Source of the DNA: an uncultured Actinomycetes bacterium | Lineage (GTDB): Bacteria > Actinomycetota > Acidimicrobiia > IMCC26256 > DASPTH01 | Direction of reading: 5' to 3' | Assembly: GCA_963815405.1 (NCBI GenBank) | Contig: CAWFGR010000005.1 | Coordinates: 431,447 to 495,446, forward strand | Length of the DNA stretch: 64,000 nucleotides | The notes under the pieces: model-generated | Databases searched by the model: none | Seen by the model: the letters and a program-made list of their open reading frames with translations, nothing else | Told to the model about the DNA's origin: nothing | In this document: piece after piece, positions 31,818 through 41,430 of the stretch | How positions within the stretch are numbered: position 1 is the stretch's first letter | Layout: each line of letters opens with the position of its first letter | Position numbers and translations under genes: made by a program

Positions 31818-32188
31818 AGTTGGTGATCGCGTACGTTCGCCACGAGGCGTTCGAGCCCATCCGCACGGAGCTGCTGGAGCTCGGATTCCCCTCGATGTCG
31901 ATCTCGGAGGTCAAGGGGTCGGGACGTCAGAAGGGCATCACGGAGACCTACCGTGGCGCCGAGCTGACGAACTGGCTGCGACCGAAGCTCAAGATCGAGT
32001 GTGCGGTCGCGACCAAGGACGTGCCGACGATCGTCGACACGGTCCTCAAGCACGCTCGGAGCGGGGCGATCGGCGACGGGAAGGTCTTCGTCATGCCGAT
32101 CGAGGAGGCGTACCGGATCCGGACCGGGGAGTCCGGTGAGGAGACCCTCCAGGCGCACCCCGACGCTGCCGCGACGACAGTCGCGTAA
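31814..32188 (+). CDS. glnB: P-II nitrogen regulatory protein
   Basis: Intact 124-aa ORF: 'MKLVIAYVRHEAFEPIRTELLELGFPSMSISEVKGSGRQKGITETYRGAEL..IECAVATKDVPTIVDTVLKHARSGAIGDGKVFVMPIEEAYRIRTGE'. Confidence 0.9.
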   Translation: MKLVIAYVRHEAFEPIRTELLELGFPSMSISEVKGSGRQKGITETYRGAELTNWLRPKLKIECAVATKDVPTIVDTVLKHARSGAIGDGKVFVMPIEEAYRIRTGESGEETLQAHPDAAATTVA

Positions 32189-32203
32189 GCCCGATCGGTC
32201 AGT

Positions 32204-32230
32204 GGGGGCGGGCAGCCACCGCCCGCCCCC
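32204..32230 (+). terminator. intrinsic terminator candidate after glnB
   Basis: GGGGGCGGGC-AGCCACC-GCCCGCCCCC is a perfect 10-bp stem. It begins 16 nt after the glnB stop, and a ..GTTCTTTCC.. tract lies downstream. Confidence 0.65.
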
Positions 32231-32287
32231 ACCGGCCCGGGCCCCCGTTCTTTCCCCCCGAATTCGTAGAGGCAGGAGCTGACCCCG

Positions 32288-33490
32288 ATGGCCGCACGAA
32301 CGCTGCGCGAGGAGGAGGCTGACGGCACACCGCTCGTCGAAGAGCTGCGCGGCGTCCATCTCCAGATGGTCGACGCGGTGCTCTCCGGCGACGGGCTCGA
32401 GCGCGTCGCCGAGCTGGCCGCCACGGCCGCCGGCGCGCCGGTGGCCATCGTCGTGCCGCGGCAGGGGGCCGCGGTGCTCTCACCGCCCGGGGCGACCGAT
32501 CTCGGTCCCATCAAGCGCTACGTCGCCGACCGGATCAAGGACAAGCCGGCAGAGGTGCCCGAGGAGGTCGCGGCCGAGGTTCCGATCGTCGCGGGTGACG
32601 AGCGCCTGGGCGCCGTGCTGCTGATCGCCGGCGGCGAGGACAAGCCACACCCCGAGGCGGCCGAGTTCCTGCACCTCGCGGCGGTTGCCTCGCTCACCGA
32701 GGCGGCGATCGAGGACGCCAAGGAGGAGGTCGAGCAGAACCTGCGCGGCTCCTTCCTGGAGGAGCTGCGCTCGCGCCAGGACCTCGAGCCCGGCGAGGTC
32801 GTCCGGCGCGCGGCCCGCCTGGGCTGCGATCTCTCGCGGGGCGCTGTCGTCCTGTGCGCCGAGCTGACGACCGACCGCCCGCGCCACGTGGTCGCGACGG
32901 TCGCGGGGGAATACCCGGGCGCGCTGGCCCAGCACATCGAGGGCCGGGTCTACGCGCTCCTGCCGGCAGCCGGCGCCGACGAGGCGCCCGAGGCGACGCT
33001 CGCCGCCGCCCGCAAGCTCGCGGGCCGGCTCCAGCGCCACGGCACCGTCGGCCTCTCGTCCTTCTACGTCGACCCGTCGGAGTTCCGCCGCGCGGTGCAG
33101 GAGGCCGAGCTGGTGCTCGAGGTGCTGCGCCAGTCCGACGCGCCGATCGCCGAGGACATCGGCACCGGCACGTATCGCCTGCTCTTCCGCGTCCTGGCCT
33201 CGCACCCCGAGGAGGTGCGCTCCTTCTACGAGGACACGGTCGCCCCGATCGTCAAGTACGACGACCAGTACGCCACCGACCTCGTGGGCACGCTGGACGC
33301 CTACCTCGACCAGAACTGCAACATGAACGCGACGGCGGCGGCGATCTACGCGCACCGCCACACGGTCGCCTACCGCCTCGACCGCATCCGCGAGCTCACG
33401 GGCCTGGACCCGATGCAGTCGGAGGACCGCGAGCGCCTGGGCCTCGGGCTGAAGGCGTATCGGATCATCGCGCCGCGGTTGCCGAAGTAG
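32288..33490 (+). CDS. PucR/CdaR family transcriptional regulator
   Basis: Intact 400-aa ORF with the C-terminal PucR-type HTH 'LDAYLDQNCNMNATAAAIYAHRHTVAYRLDRIRELTGLDP'. Confidence 0.8.
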   Translation: MAARTLREEEADGTPLVEELRGVHLQMVDAVLSGDGLERVAELAATAAGAPVAIVVPRQGAAVLSPPGATDLGPIKRYVADRIKDKPAEVPEEVAAEVPIVAGDERLGAVLLIAGGEDKPHPEAAEFLHLAAVASLTEAAIEDAKEEVEQNLRGSFLEELRSRQDLEPGEVVRRAARLGCDLSRGAVVLCAELTTDRPRHVVATVAGEYPGALAQHIEGRVYALLPAAGADEAPEATLAAARKLAGRLQRHGTVGLSSFYVDPSEFRRAVQEAELVLEVLRQSDAPIAEDIGTGTYRLLFRVLASHPEEVRSFYEDTVAPIVKYDDQYATDLVGTLDAYLDQNCNMNATAAAIYAHRHTVAYRLDRIRELTGLDPMQSEDRERLGLGLKAYRIIAPRLPK

Positions 33491-33582
33491 CCCGGCCGTC
33501 CTCAGAGCCGGGTTCGTCGACAGCCGCCCTCACACGTCCGATACCCGCGAGCGTTTCAGCGGGTGTGTGGGACATTGGCCGC

Positions 33583-35037
33583 ATGCCCGTCGACGAAGAC
33601 CGCCTCTGGCGCGCCGTCCAGTCCGGCGACCCGCGCTTCGACGGCTGGTTCTTCTGCGGCGTGACGACGACCGGCATCTACTGCCGGCCCAGCTGCCCCG
33701 CCCGCACGCCCAGGCGCGAGAACGTCCGCTTCTTCGCAACCGCGGCCGCCGCGCAGAGCGCGGGCTTGCGGGCCTGCAAGCGCTGCCGGCCCGACGCGGC
33801 GCCCGGCTCGCCCGAGTGGGACCTGCGCGCCGACATGGTCGGCCGCGCCATGCGCCTGATCGCCGACGGCGTCGTCGACCGCGAGGGCGTCGCCGGGCTC
33901 GCCGCCCGGCTCGGCTACAGCGAGCGCCACGTCCATCGCCAGCTCGTGGCGGTGGTGGGCGCCGGGCCGCTCGCGCTCGCCCGCGCGCAGCGCGCGCAGA
34001 CCGCGCGCACGCTCATCGAGACGACCGAGCTGTCGATCACCGAGGTCGCGTTCGCCGCCGGCTTCCGGAGCCTGCGCCAGTTCAACGCGACGATCCGCGA
34101 GGTCTTCGCGATCACCCCCCGCGACCTGCGCCGGCGCGCGCGGCGCGAGCCCGGCGCCTCCGACGGCGGCGCGGTCGTCCTGCGGCTGCCCTACCGCGCG
34201 CCGCTCGACGCCGAGGGCGTGATCGGCTTTCTCGGCCGGCGCGCGGTGCCCGGCGTGGAGGAGGCCCTCGACGGCGCGTATCGCCGCAGCCTCCGCCTCC
34301 CGTACGGCGCCGGGATCGCCGAGCTCGAGCCGGCCGACGCCCACGTGCGCGCCCGCCTGCGGCTCGAGGACCTGCGCGACCTCGCCGCCGCGGTCCAGCG
34401 CTGCCGCGCGCTGCTGGACCTCGACTCCGATCCCGAGGCCGTCGCCGACGCGCTGGGCGCCGACCCGCTGCTCGGCCCGGTCGTCCGCTCCGCGCCCGGT
34501 CGCCGCGTGCCCGGCCACGTCGACGGCCAGGAGCTCGCGGTGCGTGCGGTCCTCGGCCAGCAGGTCTCCGTCACCGCCGCGGCCACCCATGCCGCCCGGC
34601 TGGTCGCCGGCCTGGGCGAGCCCCTCGCGCACCCGCGCGGGACGGTGACGCATCTGTTTCCTTCGATGCCCGCGCTGGCCGCCTCGAACCCCGCCGACCT
34701 CGCGATGCCGAACTCGCGCCGGCGCGCGCTCCTGGCCCTGGCGGGCGCGCTGGCCGGCGGCGAGCTGGTGCTCGACGGCGGCGCTGACCGCGACGAGGCG
34801 CGCCGCCGCCTGGTCGCGCTGCCGGGCATCGGCCCGTGGACCGCGGCCTACGTGGCGATGCGCGCGCTGCGCGACCCCGACGCGTTCCTGCCGACCGACC
34901 TCGGCGTGCGCCGCGGGCTCGAGCGCCTCGGCGAGGACGGCCGCCCCGCCAGCGCCGCGCGACTCGCGGAGGGCTGGCGGCCCTACCGCTCCTCAGCGGT
35001 CATGCACCTCTGGGCCCAGCCCGCCGTCGCGGCGTAG
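33583..35037 (+). CDS. bifunctional Ada-N (Zn, methylphosphotriester) / AraC-HTH / AlkA-type DNA glycosylase
   Basis: Intact 484-aa reading from ATG 33583. It includes 'DPRFDGWFFCGVTTTGIYCRPSCPARTPRRENVRFF..AGLRACKRCRP', the AraC HTH 'LSITEVAFAAGFRSLRQFNATIREVF', and HhH-GPD 'LVALPGIGPWTAAYVAMRALRDPDAFLPTDLGV'. Confidence 0.85.
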   Translation: MPVDEDRLWRAVQSGDPRFDGWFFCGVTTTGIYCRPSCPARTPRRENVRFFATAAAAQSAGLRACKRCRPDAAPGSPEWDLRADMVGRAMRLIADGVVDREGVAGLAARLGYSERHVHRQLVAVVGAGPLALARAQRAQTARTLIETTELSITEVAFAAGFRSLRQFNATIREVFAITPRDLRRRARREPGASDGGAVVLRLPYRAPLDAEGVIGFLGRRAVPGVEEALDGAYRRSLRLPYGAGIAELEPADAHVRARLRLEDLRDLAAAVQRCRALLDLDSDPEAVADALGADPLLGPVVRSAPGRRVPGHVDGQELAVRAVLGQQVSVTAAATHAARLVAGLGEPLAHPRGTVTHLFPSMPALAASNPADLAMPNSRRRALLALAGALAGGELVLDGGADRDEARRRLVALPGIGPWTAAYVAMRALRDPDAFLPTDLGVRRGLERLGEDGRPASAARLAEGWRPYRSSAVMHLWAQPAVAA

Positions 35038-35041
35038 CGAG

Positions 35042-35650
35042 CTAGCTCGACCCGTCGGGCAGCCGCTCGACCTTGCCGCCCTTGCCGACGGTGGACTGCG
35101 GGGGCTTGCCCGAGACGCGCACCGTGAACGTCCCCTCGGGTGCGCTGCCGTTGGTCAGCCGGGCCTGGGCCTTGCCGGTCAGACCGGCGGCGACCTTGTA
35201 CTTGAGCGTGTACGTGCCGGGATGCAACGCCGTGACGTGCCAGCGGAACACGGCCGTGCGCCCGGGGCCGAGGCGCCGGTTCGTCGCCCAGGTGTTCACG
35301 TAGGAGGTGTCGGCGTCGAAGGGCCCCTTCTCGACCGTGAAGCTCGGGCGCGTGGGATCGCCGATCCCGGCCTGCTCGATGCGCCGGTCGAATCCGTTGA
35401 CGGTGACCGCCACGTTGGGCATCGCGGTGGCGCCCGCGTTGCGCACGGCGATCGTCATGACGGAGCTCTGGGCGAGCGCCTGCTTGGAGGGGAAGGACGT
35501 CTGAACGACGTCGACCTTGTAGACGCCGGAGGGCTCGTCCGCCGACTGGTCCTTTCCGCCGCAACCGGCCGCCCCGACAAGGACAGCCGTGGCCGCGACC
35601 CCGGCTAGAAGCCGCAACACCCTGAAAACCCCCTCACAGCGGGCGAACAT
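35042..35650 (-). CDS. secreted lipoprotein, unknown function (beta-rich, Ig-like by composition)
   Basis: Intact 202-aa reading from ATG 35650 with the lipobox 'LVGAAGCGGKD'. No enzymatic motif is recognisable. Confidence 0.6.
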   Translation of the reverse strand: MFARCEGVFRVLRLLAGVAATAVLVGAAGCGGKDQSADEPSGVYKVDVVQTSFPSKQALAQSSVMTIAVRNAGATAMPNVAVTVNGFDRRIEQAGIGDPTRPSFTVEKGPFDADTSYVNTWATNRRLGPGRTAVFRWHVTALHPGTYTLKYKVAAGLTGKAQARLTNGSAPEGTFTVRVSGKPPQSTVGKGGKVERLPDGSS

Positions 35651-35824
35651 ACCACGGGCACGCATGGTTTCGTGCAGCCGCCCATGCTCGACTTGACAAC
35701 CGAGCGGGTATGGCGGGCGCGCCTGCGGTTGCGGTTTGTCATGGGGACGGTCCTTGGCATACGCTACGCGGCGGGAGTGGGGCGGTGAGGCCGTCCTGCT
35801 CGGGTCGCCAGGGGAGGACTGGAG

Positions 35825-36631
35825 ATGGTGCGTAGCCTCGCTGACCGGGCGTTTCTTCCTACGAAGAACCTGCTCGAGGAAGTCGGGGACATGATGATCC
35901 TCACGGGGAAGACGATCATGTCTGCCCTGCGGCCACCGTACCCCTACGGCGGCGAGTTCGTCTCGCAGTTCCTGTTCGCGCTGAGGCTCTGCTGGTTCCC
36001 GCTGCTCGTCTCCACCGTGGCCTTCGGCTACGGCGCGCCGGGACTGCAGGCCGCGAACTTCCTCGTCCTCTTCGGCGCGATCGACCGCCTCGGCGGCTTC
36101 TTCGTCCTCGCCTCGATCCGCGAGTTCGCCCCCTTCGTGACCGCCATCGTCCTCGCCGGCGTGGCCGGGACGGCCATGACGGCCGACCTCGGCGCGCGCA
36201 AGATCCGCGAGGAGCTCGACGCGCTCCAGGTGCTTGGCGTCGACCCCGTCAAGAACCTGGTGGTGCCCCGCTTCCTCGCGCTGATGCTGGTGACCGGCCT
36301 GTTCAACATCTACGCGCTGCTCTTCGGCATCTTCGGCGGCGTCCTGGCCACGCTGGTCAACGGCGCACCGCTCGGGCCCTTCTGGGCGACGTTCTTCACC
36401 AACGCCTCGGTGACCGACCTCTGGGGCTCGGTCATCAAGACCACGCTCTTCGGCGCGATCATCGCGATCGTCTGCTGTTACAAGGGGATGACTGCGTCCG
36501 GAGGCGCCGAGGGGGTGGGTCGCGCCGTCAACCAGGCGGTGGTGATCGCGTTCCTGGGCGTCTTCGCCTTCAACTACGTCTTCACGCAGACGCTGCTGGC
36601 GACGCACCCCGAGATCACGGTGATCCGATGA
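35825..36631 (+). CDS. yrbEA: MlaE/YrbE-family ABC permease of the Mce system (YrbEA)
   Basis: Intact 268-aa ORF: '..REFAPFVTAIVLAGVAGTAMTADLGARKIREELDALQVLGVDPVKNLVVPRFLA..'. Confidence 0.85.
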   Translation: MVRSLADRAFLPTKNLLEEVGDMMILTGKTIMSALRPPYPYGGEFVSQFLFALRLCWFPLLVSTVAFGYGAPGLQAANFLVLFGAIDRLGGFFVLASIREFAPFVTAIVLAGVAGTAMTADLGARKIREELDALQVLGVDPVKNLVVPRFLALMLVTGLFNIYALLFGIFGGVLATLVNGAPLGPFWATFFTNASVTDLWGSVIKTTLFGAIIAIVCCYKGMTASGGAEGVGRAVNQAVVIAFLGVFAFNYVFTQTLLATHPEITVIR

Positions 36632-36647
36632 CGGGCGGGGACCGCTG

Positions 36648-37448
36648 ATGGGCCGCTCCTGGCTGGCCGTGCCGCGCGAGTGGATCGCGTCCAGCGGCGA
36701 GATCATCAAGTTCTGCAGCCGCGTCGTCGGCGAGGTCTTCGGCCTGCGGGTCTTCCGCTTCTTCGGCGAGGCGCTGCGCCAGTCCGGGATCCTCATCCTC
36801 TCCTCGACCATCGTGATCTGGGGCCTGGTGTTCATCATCGGCCTCCAGTGCGGCATCGAGGGCGCGTACTTCAACCGCGCCACCGGCGTGCCCGCGTACT
36901 CCGGCGTGTTCGCCGCCTGGTGCGACCTGCGCGAGCTGGTCCCCTACGCCTTCGGGTACATGATGGCCGCGAAGGTCGGCACCGGCATCGTCGCCGAGCT
37001 CGGGTCGATGCGGATCTCCGACGAGATCGACGCCCTCGAGGTCATGGGCATCTCCTCCATGACCTTCCTGTGCGCGACCCGGCTGCTCGCCGCCTGGATG
37101 GTGCTCCCCTTCATGTACATCGCCGCCGTGGGCGCCGGCTTCTTCGCGTCGTATCTGGCGGTGGTGGAGCAGATAGGCGAGGTCTCATCGGGCGGGTATC
37201 TCCTGATCTTCTGGATGTTCCAGAACCCACCGGACCTCTTGTTCAGCGTGATCAAGGGCATGGCGATGGCCACCGTGATCGTGCTGGTGGGCTGTTACTA
37301 CGGCTACAACGCCGGCGGGGGACCGGTAGGGGTGGGCACCGCGACGGCCAAGTCGATGGTGCTCAACATCGTGCTCGTGCACCTCATCGGGATGCTCGGC
37401 ACGCAGCTCTTCTGGGGCGCCAACCCACGAGCGCCGATAGGCGGCTGA
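36648..37448 (+). CDS. yrbEB: MlaE/YrbE-family ABC permease of the Mce system (YrbEB)
   Basis: Intact 266-aa ORF: '..AAKVGTGIVAELGSMRISDEIDALEVMGISSMTFLCATRLLA..'. Confidence 0.85.
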   Translation: MGRSWLAVPREWIASSGEIIKFCSRVVGEVFGLRVFRFFGEALRQSGILILSSTIVIWGLVFIIGLQCGIEGAYFNRATGVPAYSGVFAAWCDLRELVPYAFGYMMAAKVGTGIVAELGSMRISDEIDALEVMGISSMTFLCATRLLAAWMVLPFMYIAAVGAGFFASYLAVVEQIGEVSSGGYLLIFWMFQNPPDLLFSVIKGMAMATVIVLVGCYYGYNAGGGPVGVGTATAKSMVLNIVLVHLIGMLGTQLFWGANPRAPIGG

Positions 37449-37486
37449 CCGGCGCACGCCCGAACACGGATGAACGGAGGGACACG

Positions 37487-38451
37487 GTGACCGACGAGAA
37501 CACGCCAACGGAAAGCGACATTCCCGCGCGCGAGGGCGAGCCCCTTGCGCGCGACGGCGAGGCCGACGGCCACGCGGCGACGGCTCCCGAGGAGCCGGTC
37601 CGCGCGGCGGTCACGCACGAGCCCGCCCGCCGCAACCGCGAGGACGAGGACGAGGAGTACCGCTGGCACACCGGCGCGCAGCGCCCCTCCGGGGCTCCCG
37701 ACGCCGTCGAGTTCATCGACGTCCACAAGGCCTTCGGTCGCAACAAGATCCTGCGCGGCCTGAACATGGGCATCCCCGAGGGCAAGATCTCGATGATCCT
37801 CGGCCCCTCGGGCACCGGGAAGTCGGTCTGCATCAAGCACATGGTCGGGCTGCTCTACCCCGACGAGGGCGACGTCCTGGTCCACGGCCAGTCGGTGCCC
37901 AACATGTCCGACGACGAGCTCTTCGAGATGCGCAAGAAGTTCGGCGTCCTCTTCCAGGACGGCGCGCTCTTCGGCTCGATGAACCTCTACGACAACGTCG
38001 CCTTCCCGCTGCGCCAGCACACGGACAAGGGCGAGGAGGAGATCGCCGAGATCTGCAACCGGCGCCTCCAGGAGGTCGGCCTCGCGGACGCGGGCGACAA
38101 GATGCCCAACGAGCTCTCGGGCGGGATGCGCAAGCGCGCCGGGTTCGCGCGCGCGCTCGTCCTCGACCCCGGACATCGTCCTCTTCGACGAGCCCGACTC
38201 GGGCCTCGACCCGGTCCGCACCGCGCTGCTGTGCGAGCTCATCAAGGAGGTCCACGAGGAGAACGGCGGCGCCTACGTCGTCATCACCCACGACATCATG
38301 AGCGCGCGCCGCGTGGCCGAGCACATCTCGGTGCTCTGGAAGGGGCGCATCGTGGAGTCGGGGCCCGCCAAGGAGCTCTTCGAGTCCGACAACCCGTTCG
38401 TCCGCCAGTTCCTGAGCGGGGAGTCCCAGGGGCCGCTGGGAATGGAGTAGC
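37487..38451 (+). pseudogene. mkl: Mkl/MceG-type ABC ATPase with ~70-aa acidic N-terminal extension (single extra base ~38171)
   Basis: GTG at 37487 follows GGAGGGA. The reading includes 'ILGPSGTGKSVCIKHMVGLL', 'LSGGMRKRAGFARALVLDP', then after a shift 'DIVLFDEPDSGLDPVRTALLCELIKEV..VVITHDIMSARRVAEHISVLWKGRIVESG'. Confidence 0.85.
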
Positions 38452-38532
38452 GCCCAGCGCGCTCCGGTCCCCCGATCAGCTGATGACTTCCACGTCCAAC
38501 CACGACTGTCCGCCTCGTCCGCGGCCGGCCGC

Positions 38533-39884
38533 ATGACCGTTGCCCGAGGCGCGGCGCTGGCCGCGCTGGCGATCGCCATCGTCGCGGTGGCCCTGCTCGT
38601 ATTCGGCGGCGGACGGGACGACGACGTACAAGCTGCGCCTGGAGACGGCGGCGCAGCTGGTCAAGGGCGACGACGTCCAGATCGGCGGGCGCCGCGTCGG
38701 CTCGATCCGCGAGATCAAGCTCACCGACAACAACGAGGCCGAGATCACCTTCCAGCTCAAGAAGGAGTTCGCGCCCCTGCACCAGGGCACGACCGCGATC
38801 GTGCGCGCGACCTCGCTGTCGGGCATCGCCAACCGCTACATCGCGCTGACGCCCGGCCCGCAGAGCAACCCGAAGATCCCCGACGGCGGGCTGATCCCCT
38901 CCGACAAGACGACGTCCCCGGTCTCGCTGGACCAGCTCTTCAACACGCTCGACCCCAAGACGCGCAAGAGCCTCCAGGAGGTCATCCAGGGCTCCGCGAC
39001 GTGGTACCAGCGGCAAGGGCGCCGAGGCCAACCGCGGTGCCAAGTACTTCAACCCGGCGCTCTCGACCACCGACGCGCCTGGTCAACCAACTCACGCAGG
39101 ACCAGCAGTCGTTCACCGACTTCGTCGTCGAACTCGTCGCGCCTCGTCACCGCGCTCGCCTCTCGCAGCGCGACGACCTCACCGACCTCGTGTCCAACAC
39201 CGACCGAGACGACGCGGCGCGATCGCCGACGAGAACGCCGCGCTCGACCAGGCGCTCGAGCCTGCTGCCGGGCACGCTGCGGCGAGGCCAACACCACCTT
39301 CGTGAACCTGCGCGCGACGCTCGACGACCTCGACACGCTGGTCTCCGCGTCCAAGCCCGCGACCAAGGACCTCGCGCAAGTTCTTCCGCGAGCTGCGCCC
39401 GCTCGTGCACGACGCGCGCCCGACGATCCACGACCTCGCGACGCTGATCCGCCGCTCGGGCCCAACAACGACCTGATCGACCTGCTCAACAAGCGCCCAC
39501 GCTCGCAGAGCGTCGCCAATCCGAGCTTCTCGGACTCCTCCAGGCGCTGCGCAAGTCGCAGTCGGTCGTCGACTTCTTCCGCCCGTACGCGCCCGACTTC
39601 ATCGGCTGGCTGCGCGACTTCGGCCAGGGCGCGTCGAACTACGACGCCAACGGCCACTTCGCGCGCGTGCAGCCGCTGTTCAACGCCTTCTCCTTCGACG
39701 ACAACCCGGCGGGCGGCACGCTCACGCCGCTCACGCCCTCCCAGCGCACCGCCGGCCTCCAGACGGCGTCCAGCGCTGCCCGGGCGCCGCCAGCCAGACC
39801 CCGGCCGACGGCTCGGCGCCGTTCCTCGACGACGGCAACCTCAACGGCCAGTGCGATCCCAGCCTGGTGCCCCCCGGACCATGA
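38533..39884 (+). pseudogene. mceA: Mce family substrate-binding protein MceA, many frameshifts
   Basis: The TM start is 'MTVARGAALAALAIAIVAVALLVFGG'. The MCE domain 'YKLRLETAAQLVKGDDVQIGGRRVGSIREIKLTDNNEAEITFQLKKEFAPLHQGTTAIVRATSLSGIANRYIALTPG' follows. The TGA overlaps the next ATG. Confidence 0.75.
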
Positions 39885-41430
39885 AGCGCATCCTCGCCAT
39901 GACCGTCGTGCTCGGCGCCGCGGTGGCGATCGCCGTGCTGGGCACCGGCTCGGGCACCGGCGGCACCTACAAGGTGCGCGCGATCTTCGACAACGCCGTC
40001 TCGGTGATCCCCGGCGAGGACGTGAAGATCGCCGGCGTGAAGGTCGGCAAGATCGCCGACCTCGACGTCACCAAGGACAAGAAGGCCGCCGTGGTCCTCC
40101 GCATCGACCGACCCGGGCTTCCAGGACTTCCGCTCCGACGCGACCTGCACGATCCGCCCGCAGTCGCTGATCGGCGAGAAGTTCGTCGAGTGCGCGCCGA
40201 CCCAGCCGCGCCCCAACGGCGCCCAGGAGCCGCCCCCGCTCCAGCAGATCAAGAGCGGCGCGGGCAAGGGCCAGTACCTGCTGCCGCTCTCGCACACCTC
40301 GACGCCCGTCGACATCGACCTGATCAACAACATCATGCGCAAGCCCTACCGGGAGCGCTTCTCGATCATCCTCAACGAGCTGGGCGTGGCCTTCGCGGGC
40401 CGCGGCAAGGACCTCAACGAGGCCATCCGCCGCGCCAACCCGGCGCCTGCAAGCAGACCGACAAGGTCCTCAACATCCTGGCCTCCCAGAACAAGGTCCT
40501 CGCCGACCTGGCCACGAACTCCGACACGGTGCTCGCGCCGCTGGCGCGCGACCGCAAGCAGTTCGCCGACTTCATCGACAGCGCGGGCAAGACCGCCGAG
40601 GCGACCGCCGAGCGCCGCGCCGACCTGGCCGCCAACTTCGAGCGCTTCCCCGAGCTTCCTGCGCCAGCTCACGCCGACCGCCCAGAAGCTCTGCGGACTT
40701 CGCCGACCAGGCCGGCCCCGGTGCTTCCACGACCTGCGCGCCGACGCCCCGGACATCAACCGCTTCATCAAGCCGCTCGGCCCGTTCTCGAAGGCCTCGG
40801 ATCCGGCGCTCACGTCGCTCGGCGACGCGGCGGAGACGGGCACGCCGGCGGTCAAGGCGCTGCCGCCGATCACCCAGGACCTCAAGACGTTCTGCCGAGC
40901 CCGCCAAGCCGGTGTCCAAGAACCTCGCCGCGCTGACCTCGAGCCTGCAGCGAGACCCACGGCCTCGAGCGCCTCATGGACTTCCTCTTCTTCCAGGTGG
41001 CGGCGATCAACGGCTTCGACTCGATCGGCCACTACCTGCGCGCCGGCTTGATCGTGAACACGTGCACGACCTACGCGGTCGAGCCGACGACCGGCTGCTC
41101 GGCGACGTTCACCAACGGCGGCAAGGCCAGCGCGGCGTCGGTGAGCAACGGCACCGACGCCAACGACACGGCGCTCGTGCGCACGGCGGCGCTCCTGCGC
41201 GGGCAGAACCCCGACAAGGCGGCCGCCGACGCGGCGGCGAAGACCGGCACGTCCGGCGCGAGCGGCAAGACCGCGGGTCAGAGCAAGCCCATCAAGCTCC
41301 CGGCGAACCTGCGCTCGGGCTCCTCCGGCACGACGACCACGACCGCGCCCACCACGACGAGCAGCACGCAGTCGGCCGACCAGTCGATCGACGCCAGCCT
41401 GTTCGACTACCTCCTCGGGGGCCGAAGTGA
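39881..41430 (+). pseudogene. mceB: Mce family protein MceB, many frameshifts
   Basis: 'MKRILAMTVVLGAAVAIAVLGTGSGTGGTYKVRAIFDNAVSVIPGEDVKIAGVKVGKIADLDVTKDKKAAVVLRI', followed by '..CTIRPQSLIGEKFVECAP..'. The tail is Thr/Ser-rich. Confidence 0.75.

Noticed and set aside
35693-35698. Perfect TTGACA upstream of the mce operon as a -35 box.
   Set aside because: The only TAnnnT-like hexamer after it (TATGGC at 35708-35713) is 9 nt away, which is too close. A weaker TTGTCA-N18-TACGCT (35735-35764) exists, but I do not consider it supported enough to annotate.
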